A stretch of 64,000 nucleotides of DNA from Desulfotignum sp. (GTDB lineage Bacteria; Desulfobacterota; Desulfobacteria; Desulfobacterales; Desulfobacteraceae): positions 14,928 to 78,927 of the forward strand of contig JAZBPL010000036.1 of the NCBI GenBank assembly GCA_036351635.1, in the 5' to 3' direction. The position numbers and the translations under genes were made by a program. The notes beneath the pieces were generated by a model that ran no database searches, had not been told where the DNA came from, and saw only the letters and a list, made by a program, of their open reading frames with translations. This document shows positions 1-8,763 of the stretch, in pieces. Every line of letters starts with the position of its first letter. The stretch's first letter is position 1.

Positions 1-1007
1 AAATACCGGTATTTTTCCTCATGGATATCCAGGATGGCCAGACCCGGGACCTGGCAGCGTTCATGGAAACACAGCCAGGGGTACTGGACAATCTGTCCCC
101 CATGGTCCGGGGCAGAATCCTTACGGTCAACGGCACCCCCTTTCACAGCCGGAAAAACAACCGGGAAGCACAGGGACGGCCCCGGCGCATGGAGCACAAT
201 TTTTCTTTCCGCAAAGAACTGGACCCGTCTGAAACCGTTGTTCAGGGAGATCCTTTGTCCCGAAAACCCTGGAATTTCGGGTCTGAAACACCCTTTGAAA
301 TTTCCGTGGCCCAGTCCTTTGCCCAAGACCACAACCTGGCCATCAATGATGTGATGGGATTTGATATTCAGGGCATGGTGCTGAAAGGCCGAATCAAAAA
401 CATCCGCAAGGTGCGGTGGAACAGTTTTCAGCCCAATTTCTTTTTGCTGTTTCAGCAGGGGGTGCTGGAGGATGCCCCTAAAACATGGCTGGGAGCGGTT
501 TCCCAGGTGCCCCCGGACCTGCGGCAGCACCTGAAACAAACCATCGTGGAAACCTTTCCCAATATTTCCATCATCGATGTCACCCAGATGATCACCACGT
601 TGACCTTTATTGCGGACCGGCTGTCTGTGTCTGTGCGGTTCATGGCCTGGCTGGCCATTGCAGCCGGCCTTGTGTCCATTTTTTCCATTGCCCGTCACCA
701 GGCCCGGAGTCAGGCAGCCCAGACCAACCTGCTCAAGGTGCTGGGGGCCGGATTCAGCGACATTAAAAAAATATCCCTGGTGGAGTTCGGCAGCCTGGGA
801 TTTGCCGCAGCCTTTGTTGCCGTGCTGCTGAGCATCGGATTTTCCCGGGCCGTGTCCTGGTATTTCTTTGACAGCCTCTGGCAGCTGGACCTGTTCTATC
901 TGACGGGCATCCTGGTGCTGACCACCCTGATCTGCATGGCCACAGCCTTGGCTGCCGCAGGAAAAATATTAAAGACCCGGCCCATGATGCTGCTCAAAAA
1001 AACATGA
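1..1007 (+). CDS. ABC transporter permease, FtsX/YbbP-like (5' truncated by window edge)
   Basis: Frame is open from the window start (IPVFFLMDIQ). Contains the RKVRWNSFQPNFF motif and a C-terminal FtsX-like membrane domain (LLKVLGA). Confidence 0.8.
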   Translation, partial: IPVFFLMDIQDGQTRDLAAFMETQPGVLDNLSPMVRGRILTVNGTPFHSRKNNREAQGRPRRMEHNFSFRKELDPSETVVQGDPLSRKPWNFGSETPFEISVAQSFAQDHNLAINDVMGFDIQGMVLKGRIKNIRKVRWNSFQPNFFLLFQQGVLEDAPKTWLGAVSQVPPDLRQHLKQTIVETFPNISIIDVTQMITTLTFIADRLSVSVRFMAWLAIAAGLVSIFSIARHQARSQAAQTNLLKVLGAGFSDIKKISLVEFGSLGFAAAFVAVLLSIGFSRAVSWYFFDSLWQLDLFYLTGILVLTTLICMATALAAAGKILKTRPMMLLKKT

Positions 1008-1093
1008 TCGGCCCGCTTTTTTTCAGATGCGGTCCCGGGTAAGGTGTGGCAGTGTCATTGTCAGGACAAGTGAAGTAAAAAGGAGCGTTGCCC

Positions 1094-1546
1094 ATGAGGC
1101 GCAAAGAAAAGCAGATCACGAAGACAGCAGATATTGAACAGATACTCCAACAGGGTCAGGTGTGCCGCCTGGGTTTTGTGGACAGCAATGTGCCCTATAT
1201 CGTTCCCATGAACTACGGATATAAGGACCAGGCCCTGTACTTTCACAGTGCCACTGCGGGCCGGAAAATTGATCTGATCCGCGCCAATCCCCTGGTATGT
1301 TTTGAGGTGGATGAACTGGTGAAAATGAATAAAGCAGCCAACGCCTGTGACTGGGGGGTGTCGTTCAAAAGCGTCATCGGCACGGGCATGGCCCGGATAC
1401 TGGAGACCCCGGCAGAAAAGAAAGCCGGCCTGGATATCATCATGGCCCATTATTCTGGCCGGTCATTTGACTATCCGGATAAGATGTTTGCAAAAACCGC
1501 TGTGATAAAGGTAACGGTCGAGGAGATGACCGGCAAGCAGGGGTGA
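1094..1546 (+). CDS. Pyridoxamine 5'-phosphate oxidase-like flavin-binding protein (NimA family)
   Basis: MRRKEKQI start after AGGAG. Motifs PYIVPMNYGY, LYFHSA..GRK, VCFEVD, SVIGTG and MTGK. Confidence 0.85.
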   Translation: MRRKEKQITKTADIEQILQQGQVCRLGFVDSNVPYIVPMNYGYKDQALYFHSATAGRKIDLIRANPLVCFEVDELVKMNKAANACDWGVSFKSVIGTGMARILETPAEKKAGLDIIMAHYSGRSFDYPDKMFAKTAVIKVTVEEMTGKQG

Positions 1547-1617
1547 TACCGCTCCTTGTGAGGGGCGCCATGGATTTTTCGATCCATGATAGACATTTAC
1601 GGGTCTGAACAGAAGAT

Positions 1618-2016
1618 TCATGTCTCCCAGTCATCGAGCCGGAGGCCTGTAATCCTGCTGAATTCCCGGGTGTTGTGGGTGACCAGCACTGCGTTGTGGG
1701 CCCGGGCCGCCGCTGCAATGAGCATATCGTTGGGGCCGATTAAGTGACCCCGTGAAGTCAGATCCGCACGGATAAGGCCGTATTCGTCGGCGCAAAGATC
1801 ATCAAAAGGCAGGCTCTGCAGCGGTGCAAAAAATAATTTGAGCCGCTGCAGGTTGGCATCCATCCGCCGGCTGTTCCGGGCACCGAAAAGCAGTTCCGCC
1901 TTGACGATACTGCAGATGGCGATCTGAGAGGGGGATCGGGAGCGGAAATGGGTTTCAACCGATGGAGAGGTGCCGTTCAGAAAATGGATGCATACATTGG
2001 TGTCCAGTAAATACAT
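1618..2016 (-). CDS. vapC: VapC PIN-domain toxin
   Basis: YLLDTN, AELLFGA, IGPNDMLIAA, LVTHNTREF. Confidence 0.92.
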   Translation of the reverse strand: MYLLDTNVCIHFLNGTSPSVETHFRSRSPSQIAICSIVKAELLFGARNSRRMDANLQRLKLFFAPLQSLPFDDLCADEYGLIRADLTSRGHLIGPNDMLIAAAARAHNAVLVTHNTREFSRITGLRLDDWET

Positions 2017-2018
2017 GG

Positions 2019-2243
2019 TTATTCCAGGCAATTCCTTTTTTCAAAATCCAATGATTCCGGTCGCTGGAGCGGTTCTCCCTCCCATGAGCCCACCAGATCA
2101 AAATAATGATCCGGCCATTTTTCACGGGTTTCCATTTTTACAAGAAGGGCCAGATATTTCGATGTGGAGAGGCGCGCTTTCTTTGCCTTTTTTTTGAACA
2201 GGTCTGCAATGTCATCCGGGACATAACAATGGAGCTGGGCCAT
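2019..2243 (-). CDS. VapB-type antitoxin (ribbon-helix-helix-like N-terminus)
   Basis: Small ORF 2 bp upstream of vapC with a GGAGG RBS. Shares a WP..DL.GSW motif with ORF 51719..51952. Confidence 0.8.
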   Translation of the reverse strand: MAQLHCYVPDDIADLFKKKAKKARLSTSKYLALLVKMETREKWPDHYFDLVGSWEGEPLQRPESLDFEKRNCLE

Positions 2244-2280
2244 AAATTCCTCCAAATATATGTGGTATATTTACAAGGCC

Positions 2281-2309
2281 ATTTTACAGCCTGTTTTTCT
2301 GTATGTCAA
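2281..2309 (-). promoter_or_regulatory. sigma70 promoter of vapBC-1
   Basis: TTGACA-17 nt-TAAAAT on the minus strand. Confidence 0.7.
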
Positions 2310-2393
2310 TATGTTGATCTCCACGATATCCGGCATCGGCGGCTGGATCAGAGTAATGCCACCCATTCCGGGGAGGACAACTGGTCATCAATG

Positions 2394-3419
2394 TCAAAAA
2401 TTGATCTGCCACTTGGCACCGTAATAAGTGGTTTCCGCATCACCGGATTCTTTTCCGTCAAACCGCCCGATTTCCGGCACCACGAATACGCCCGGGGCCA
2501 GGTTGATTGTAACATTGGCATAATAGGCCTGCATGTCATCTTCACCGGCATAGGTGTCAATATCGCTTTGGGCATACCCGTAACCCGCCTCACAGGTGAA
2601 CATGTCATCAATTTTGTAACCGACAACCAATGCATATCCCATGCTGTCGTTGTCAAGCACCCGGGTGCCGGAGATGGCTGCGAATCCGTCATCCCATGCA
2701 TTGTCACCGTCAACGGAGAGCCCAATGAGATTGCCCACATTCCGGCCGGTGAACACAGCGGCATTGAAAAACGCCGCGCCGAAATGAAGCATGGCCCCCG
2801 CCGCAAGCACGTGGGAGTCGATGTCATAGGTTACGCCGCCCTTGGAAAGTTCATAGGAATGATATCCCCCGGCCGCTTCCAGGGTGATGAAATCATGTGT
2901 CCAGGTATAGCAGGCTTCAATGGCAGGGATCTTGACTTCAGAGGTAAAACCGGTGCCAAGGTCATCGGGGTCCGGTTCCACCAAAGCTATCTGGAATGTG
3001 CCAAAGGTCAGTTTCACCATGGGCTCCCGTCCGGAGTATATAAAGCCCTGTGCATTCAGGTCATTGTCGGCGTCAAACACCTGGTTGGAGTAAAACCAGT
3101 TCATGGGGGCGTAGGTCTGGCCCACCAGCAGTTTGCCTGCACCAAAATCCCACTCGCCATAAAGATTTCGCAGATTTACATTGCCGCCTGAGGCCCCGTA
3201 TTCAAAGTTTCCGGAAAGGGTATCACTTACTGTGACGTTGGCGCCGATGCGGGCATTGCTCTGTAAAGACAGACTGAAATTGTCGGTATCACTGGTCGGG
3301 GTTTCTAAGTCAACCTGGAACGTGGCCACACGGGCAGATCCATAAAACCCCCATTCCGCCGCCAGGGCTGACGTTGCAAATACTGTTACCAGCCCAATAA
3401 CAATTGCCGAAATCCTCAT
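2394..3419 (-). CDS. Outer-membrane porin (deltaproteobacterial type)
   Basis: Signal peptide (ALA-A), alternating beta-strand pattern, LRNLYGEWDFG motif, C-terminal YYGAKWQINF with terminal Phe. Confidence 0.85.
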   Translation of the reverse strand: MRISAIVIGLVTVFATSALAAEWGFYGSARVATFQVDLETPTSDTDNFSLSLQSNARIGANVTVSDTLSGNFEYGASGGNVNLRNLYGEWDFGAGKLLVGQTYAPMNWFYSNQVFDADNDLNAQGFIYSGREPMVKLTFGTFQIALVEPDPDDLGTGFTSEVKIPAIEACYTWTHDFITLEAAGGYHSYELSKGGVTYDIDSHVLAAGAMLHFGAAFFNAAVFTGRNVGNLIGLSVDGDNAWDDGFAAISGTRVLDNDSMGYALVVGYKIDDMFTCEAGYGYAQSDIDTYAGEDDMQAYYANVTINLAPGVFVVPEIGRFDGKESGDAETTYYGAKWQINF

Positions 3420-3674
3420 ATCCCCCCCCTTTTTTTTACAAAATCATAAATTGGTTTTTGACAGGCTTAATGGTGTATACTGATCAGATGGAATCACGAT
3501 ATATATCCCGGCAAAAAATCTGTCAAGAAAAAATGCCGGCAAAAAATTCTGGATTGTGCATGAATGGTTATGGGCGATTGCGGTGATGCGCCAGAATTCT
3601 CAGGCGAACTTGAAATTGTCGTTTCCCTGTTTACCTTGGTTTCATAGAAACCGTTGGTTGAAAGGGGGTTCCCC

Positions 3675-3842
3675 ATGCCGTTTGTTTCCATACCCGGAAT
3701 GCCGGGCAAAATATATGTGCCGGAAAAGCGGTCCGCCTGCACTAAAAAATTTCCCTGTAAAGATTGTTTTTCCTGTGAACACTGCTCTGATGACAGATGC
3801 CGGGTGTGTAGAGAGAAACATTCTCCCCGGACAGATAAATAA
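3675..3842 (+). CDS. Small Cys-rich protein (55 aa), putative metal-binding
   Basis: AAAGGGGG RBS before ATG at 3675. CxxCxxCxxC-x4-CxxC cluster (CKDCFSCEHCSDDRCRVC). Confidence 0.6.
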   Translation: MPFVSIPGMPGKIYVPEKRSACTKKFPCKDCFSCEHCSDDRCRVCREKHSPRTDK

Positions 3843-3879
3843 AAACAAGGAAAAACAAGAAGGGGCAAGGTTTTTTTTG

Positions 3880-3919
3880 CCGTCCCTGCATGCAAAATAT
3901 AGCTTGCAGGCAGGGACGG
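3880..3919. terminator. Hairpin between the convergent small ORF and betA
   Basis: CCGTCCCTGCATGCAA / TTGCAGGCAGGGACGG, 16-bp arms with one mismatch. Confidence 0.55.
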
Positions 3920-3929
3920 TTGGCATGGT

Positions 3930-5621
3930 TCAATCTAATTTTTTTACGGGCATGGGAAGAGATGTCGGTTTTTTTTCATGCCGAAAGAAAGGTGCAGATG
4001 ACGGCGGTTCCAGGGTGTTGCCCAGGATCAGGTCACACGCCTTTTCCGCCACCATCATGGTGGGGGCGTAGATGTTGCCATTGGTGACGCAAGGCATGAC
4101 CGAGGCATCCACTACCCGCAGGTTTTCCACCCCGTGCACCTTCATGGAGGAGGGGTCTACCACCGCCATGGCATCGGTGCCCATTTTACAGGTGCAGGAG
4201 GGGTGCAGGGCGGTTTCCGCATCTTTGGCCACCCAGTCCAGAATATCCTCATCGGTCTGAACATGGTTGCCCGGAGAGGTTTCGCCGGCATTGAATTCTT
4301 TGAATGCCGGCTGGTTCATAATTTTTCGGGCACACCGTATCGCTTCCACCCATTCTTTGCGGTCCTGGTCCGTGGACAGGTAATTGAAGCGCAGGGCCGG
4401 GTGTCTGCGGGGATCGGTGGAGATAATTTTGACGGACCCCACGGCGTTGGAGTACATGGGCCCCACATGAACCTGGTATCCGTGGTCCTGGCTGGGCCGG
4501 GAGCCGTCATACCGGATGGCCAGGGGCAGAAAATGAAACTGGATGTTGGGGTAGTCCACATCCTGGTTGCTCCGGATGAACCCGCCCGCCTCAAAATGGT
4601 TGGTGGCGGCGGCCCCTGATCTGTGGAACAGCCATTTATAGCCGATGAACGGCTTTTTCCACCATTTCAGGGCCGGGTTCATGGACACCGGTTTTTTGCT
4701 GGCATACTGGACATAGACCTCCAGGTGGTCCTGCATGTTTTCTCCTACGCCGGGCAGGTCATGGACAACCGGAACCCCTAAGGCGGAAAGGTCGTCTGCA
4801 TTGCCCACCCCGGACAGCTGGAGGATCTGTGGGGAGTTGATGGCCCCGCCGCAGCAGATCACTTCCCCTGCCTGAACTGTTCTGGGCCGGCTGCCTTTGC
4901 CTTTGACAAATTCCACACCCGTGGCTTTTTTGCCGTTGAAATTAATTTTCGTTGTCAGGGCACGGCAGACCAGGTCCAGATTGGTTCGTTGTTTGCGCAC
5001 AGGATGCAGATATGCCCGGGCGGCGGACAGCCGCCTTCCTCTGTGGATGTTTCTGTCAAAGGCACCGAACCCTTCCTGCTGATACCCGTTCACATCATCG
5101 GTCAAAGGATATCCAGCCTGTTGGGCAGATTCCAGAAATGCCTGGAACAAAGGGTTTTTACATGGCCCGGTTTCCAGGATCAGGGGACCTTTGGTGCCGT
5201 GGTACTGGTCCGGTCCTTTGAGCCGGTTTTCCGCCCGGATGAAATAGGGCAGGTTGTGGGCATAATCCCAGTGTTCCATGTCCGTATTTTTAGCCCATTT
5301 TTCATAATCCATGGCATTGCCCCGGATATAGATCATGCCGTTGATGGATGATGATCCCCCCAGCACCTTGCCACGGCCATGGAAGATTCTGCGCTGAAGC
5401 ATGAACGGTTCCGGTTCGGTTTCGTAACACCAGTCATAGAATCTGTTGCCAAGGGGAAAGGTCAGGCCGGCAGGCATGTGGATGAACACATCCCAGATAT
5501 AATCTGGCCTGCCGGCCTCCAGCACAAGCACGCTGCAGGACGGGTCATTGCTGAGCCGGTTGGCCAGCACGCATCCGGCAGATCCGCCGCCGATAATGAT
5601 ATAGTCATATGATTGTTTCAT
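3930..5621 (-). CDS. betA: Choline dehydrogenase (GMC oxidoreductase)
   Basis: GGGSAG FAD loop, [59 protein letters not shown]. Confidence 0.9.
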   Translation of the reverse strand: MKQSYDYIIIGGGSAGCVLANRLSNDPSCSVLVLEAGRPDYIWDVFIHMPAGLTFPLGNRFYDWCYETEPEPFMLQRRIFHGRGKVLGGSSSINGMIYIRGNAMDYEKWAKNTDMEHWDYAHNLPYFIRAENRLKGPDQYHGTKGPLILETGPCKNPLFQAFLESAQQAGYPLTDDVNGYQQEGFGAFDRNIHRGRRLSAARAYLHPVRKQRTNLDLVCRALTTKINFNGKKATGVEFVKGKGSRPRTVQAGEVICCGGAINSPQILQLSGVGNADDLSALGVPVVHDLPGVGENMQDHLEVYVQYASKKPVSMNPALKWWKKPFIGYKWLFHRSGAAATNHFEAGGFIRSNQDVDYPNIQFHFLPLAIRYDGSRPSQDHGYQVHVGPMYSNAVGSVKIISTDPRRHPALRFNYLSTDQDRKEWVEAIRCARKIMNQPAFKEFNAGETSPGNHVQTDEDILDWVAKDAETALHPSCTCKMGTDAMAVVDPSSMKVHGVENLRVVDASVMPCVTNGNIYAPTMMVAEKACDLILGNTLEPPSSAPFFRHEKKPTSLPMPVKKLD

Positions 5622-5719
5622 TTTTTATCTTTCCTTTTTTCCTGTCTGTTCCCAAGGGTCTGTTTCCTATCATTGTATATGTGCATCAGAATTCTGTGCC
5701 TGCATCAAAGGAATCTTTT

Positions 5720-6331
5720 TTATAAGGGATCTGTCTGGCTGCCCTGATTGTGAATGACAAGGCTGAGGAATCCATTGACCAGATCATCCACCTCAATCTG
5801 GCCGTCCCGGACCAGGGCCTGGAGGGCCAGGCCCTGGAGGGCGGAAATAAAACAGATGGCAGCGGCCTGGTTGGTCGGTTTCGGGCAGATCCGAGTCATT
5901 GCCGCCTCAAAGGCGCCCACAAATCGGTCATAGGCTGCCTGGACCTTGATGATCACCGGTCCCCGGATGCCGCTGAATTCTGCTGCCAGGGATGCCAGGG
6001 CGATAATGGTATCCGGCTGGTTGTAAAACCGGTCCATGAAAATATCCATGATCCCGTGAATCATGGTGTTGTAGTCGGCATGGGGTTGTTCCAGAAATCT
6101 GGTGTATTGCGCAAAGCTCTGGTCCAGTTCCGCTACCACATCATCAAGGATGTCGGTTTTGGAATTGTAGTGGTGAAAGACCGCTCCCGTGGTCATGCCG
6201 ATGTGAATTGCGATGTCCTGGATGGTTGTCTTGTGGTACCCCAGCCGGGCGAACAGATGGGTGGCAGCCTCCAGAATCCGTTTGCGGGTTTCGATGCGCT
6301 TGGCTTCCTTTTTGTTGACCGAAGCTGTCAT
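5720..6331 (-). CDS. TetR-family transcriptional regulator
   Basis: RILEAATHLFARLGYHKTTIQDIA...GAVFHHY HTH. ATGA overlap with the AOR stop codon. Confidence 0.9.
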   Translation of the reverse strand: MTASVNKKEAKRIETRKRILEAATHLFARLGYHKTTIQDIAIHIGMTTGAVFHHYNSKTDILDDVVAELDQSFAQYTRFLEQPHADYNTMIHGIMDIFMDRFYNQPDTIIALASLAAEFSGIRGPVIIKVQAAYDRFVGAFEAAMTRICPKPTNQAAAICFISALQGLALQALVRDGQIEVDDLVNGFLSLVIHNQGSQTDPL

Positions 6332-8157
6332 GATGCTATCCCAAGGCGTTTCAGGGTTTTGGATGTGGGTCTTCCCGTGCTGTCCCATCCCCGGGTCTTA
6401 TAATAGGCCTGTCGCATCATTGCCATATCTTTTTCAGAAATTTTATGCCCTTTGGCCGGACCATCCGGCAGCGGTTCCTGAGCAAACCGCCGGGGCAGGG
6501 TATCGGATGCTGGATCCATGCCCTGGTCCAGGTTGAACTGCCGGGTGAGATTCCAGATGCGTTCGCCCACCTGGTTGAACATGTCCGCAGAGAACCTGGT
6601 GCCCGCAGCAGCGGACAACAGGTCTGCATAGGTATGGGCACTGATGCCGAAGCTGCCGAAATCGCATTTTACCAGGGTGTCGGTGCCTGCGGAATAATTC
6701 TGCAGCGCCACCACCATGTCTGCTTTTCCTTCCGAAGACAGGGGGTCAATTTTTTTGCCTTCCCATTCGCCGGCCAGCTCGTAAGGAACCGTGAATCCCC
6801 GCTGGTGGCAACCGCCCCGGTCTGCTGTCATATAGGCCAGTCCCATGCCGGACACGCCCCGGGGACCCCAGCCAGGGGTTTCCAGGCCCTTGGTGTGCAG
6901 GGCCAGGTCAGAAGCGCTGCCGCCGATTTCTTCGGCTGCAGCCCGAACCCCTTTTGCCAGCAGTGCACCCAGACCGGGCTTTTGAAAAGCCATGGCCCGG
7001 ATCATATGTTCTGCCGCCGCCACATTGCCGAAGGTCAGTTCTATGCCGGGAGGTGGGGAAACCAGGCCTTTTTGGCAGGCTTCCATGGCAAAGCTGATGA
7101 GGCTGCCGCTGGACATGACATCCAGCCCCAGCAGATCGCATAATTTCACCAGATGGGCAACGCCCCGGATATCGGATATCCCCAGGTTGGATCCCATGAG
7201 GGCGGCAGATTCATACTCCACAATATCAGTAACCATGCCTTTGTATTTTCCGGTTCTTACCGCCCCAATTTTTGCGCAGCCGATGGGACATCCCATGCAG
7301 GCGTTGGTGCCCAGCCACAGGTGTTTTTGCTGCCCCTTGTCTCCTAAGGCAGCAGCTTTGTCAAAGGTGCCAAACTGGTAGTTTAGGCATGGCAGCAGCC
7401 CGGTTTCACTGGCAAATTCCACTGATGCAGCTGTGCCGCCCTGTTTGAGTGTCTGGACATCCGGACTGGCACCCAGTTCTTCAAAGGCGTTTTCACAGGC
7501 CTGTTTAAACCGGTGCGGGTCATGGACCGTTACCAGCCGGGTGCCGCGCACCGCCACCGCTTTGAGGTTTTTGGATCCCATGACCGCGCCGGCACCGGCC
7601 CTGCCGGCCTGGCGGTTGAATTCACAGGCAATCAGGGCAAACAGTACCCGGTTTTCTCCGGCCGGCCCGATATTTGCGATTTTAACGGTCTCATCATTGA
7701 GTTCTGCTTTGATACGGCGGTTGGTTTCCAGAATATCCAGACCCCAGAGGTGGTCAGCATCCCGGATCTCCACCTTTTCATCATCAATCCAGATATACAC
7801 AGGTTTTTCGGCCCGGCCGGTGATGATGATGCCGTCATATCCGGCATATTTGATTTCCGGTGCAAAACTGCCCCCGAAATAGGAATCCAGAAACAGGTGG
7901 GTCAGCGGGCTTTTGGTCACCACGCACCCCCGCATGGCAGGTGCTGATGTCCCGGTCAAGGGCCCTGTCATGAACATGAGCATGTTTTCAGGGCCAAGGG
8001 GGTCGGTACCCGGGGATAATCCGTCTGTCAGCAGTTTTGCACCGAATCCTTTGCCGCCGATAAAGTGTTGTTTCAAGGTATCAGGCACTGCCAGGGTGCT
8101 GCTGCTGCCTGTTGACAGGTCAATGGCCAGGAAGGTCTCTGCATAGGCATCAGTCAT
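6328..8157 (-). CDS. aor: Tungsten-type aldehyde:ferredoxin oxidoreductase
   Basis: IGGKGFG, KSPLT, IGPAGEN, AGRAGAGAVMGSKNLKA, CMGCPIGC, EYES, RGGCH, YY..RGWD..G.P. Confidence 0.92.
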   Translation of the reverse strand: MTDAYAETFLAIDLSTGSSSTLAVPDTLKQHFIGGKGFGAKLLTDGLSPGTDPLGPENMLMFMTGPLTGTSAPAMRGCVVTKSPLTHLFLDSYFGGSFAPEIKYAGYDGIIITGRAEKPVYIWIDDEKVEIRDADHLWGLDILETNRRIKAELNDETVKIANIGPAGENRVLFALIACEFNRQAGRAGAGAVMGSKNLKAVAVRGTRLVTVHDPHRFKQACENAFEELGASPDVQTLKQGGTAASVEFASETGLLPCLNYQFGTFDKAAALGDKGQQKHLWLGTNACMGCPIGCAKIGAVRTGKYKGMVTDIVEYESAALMGSNLGISDIRGVAHLVKLCDLLGLDVMSSGSLISFAMEACQKGLVSPPPGIELTFGNVAAAEHMIRAMAFQKPGLGALLAKGVRAAAEEIGGSASDLALHTKGLETPGWGPRGVSGMGLAYMTADRGGCHQRGFTVPYELAGEWEGKKIDPLSSEGKADMVVALQNYSAGTDTLVKCDFGSFGISAHTYADLLSAAAGTRFSADMFNQVGERIWNLTRQFNLDQGMDPASDTLPRRFAQEPLPDGPAKGHKISEKDMAMMRQAYYKTRGWDSTGRPTSKTLKRLGIAS

Positions 8158-8581
8158 GGGGTTTCTGCTCCTTGAGAGGGTCTGAAACAAATTCCAGTGC
8201 CCCTGTGGGGCAGGCCGCTACGCAGGCCGGATCTCCCTGGCACAGTTCGCATTTCACCGCCTTTTTTGTATCCGGGTCCAGGTGCACCATGTCCACTGGG
8301 CAGTACTGGACACACAGGGCGCATCCAATGCATTGATTTGCATCAATCTGCACCACACCCTCCGGGTTCCGCGTGATGGCATCCACCGGGCACACCTGCA
8401 TGCAGTAGGCATTTTCACACTGGCTGCACACCACCGGCAGATGATACAGGTGTTCGCTTTTGTGGCGGATATCCAGCCTGGCCCGCCTGGGGTTGAACCC
8501 GCCGGTGAAGGCTATGCTGCATGCCAGCTGGCAGATGCTGCAGCCAATGCATTTGTCAAAATGGGTATGGATAAAAAAAAT
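8150..8581 (-). CDS. 4x[4Fe-4S] electron-transfer subunit of AOR (DmsB/HycB-like), non-canonical start
   Basis: The frame extends upstream of the GTG at 8434 and includes CIGCSICQLAC. Further motifs: CSQCENAYCMQVCP, CIGCALCVQYCP, CELC..PACVAACP. AAGGAGG precedes ATC/ATT. Confidence 0.85.
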   Translation of the reverse strand: MFFIHTHFDKCIGCSICQLACSIAFTGGFNPRRARLDIRHKSEHLYHLPVVCSQCENAYCMQVCPVDAITRNPEGVVQIDANQCIGCALCVQYCPVDMVHLDPDTKKAVKCELCQGDPACVAACPTGALEFVSDPLKEQKPHD

Positions 8582-8626
8582 GATGGCCGCCTCCTTTTTT
8601 TGATAATTCTTTGGTTCTGAAATATC

Positions 8627-8644
8627 ACATATTACGTATTATGT
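8627..8644. promoter_or_regulatory. Palindromic operator candidate upstream of the ferredoxin-aor-tetR operon
   Basis: ACATATTACGTATTATGT, an 18-bp palindrome with one mismatched pair. Confidence 0.45.
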
Positions 8645-8763
8645 AAATATTTTTTTGCCGTCTTTTCAGGAAAATGGTATGGCGCTTTTGACGCTGCAGA
8701 AAAGATATCTGTACCTTGATATGTCCAGTGTGCGGATCATCGCCCATGGGCTTTTGCGGATCA

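Noticed and set aside
2106-3191. 361-aa plus-strand ORF
   Set aside because: Antisense shadow of the porin and antitoxin genes; no recognisable motifs.
3458-3481. TTGACA...TATACT promoter on the plus strand
   Set aside because: The spacer is only 12 nt.
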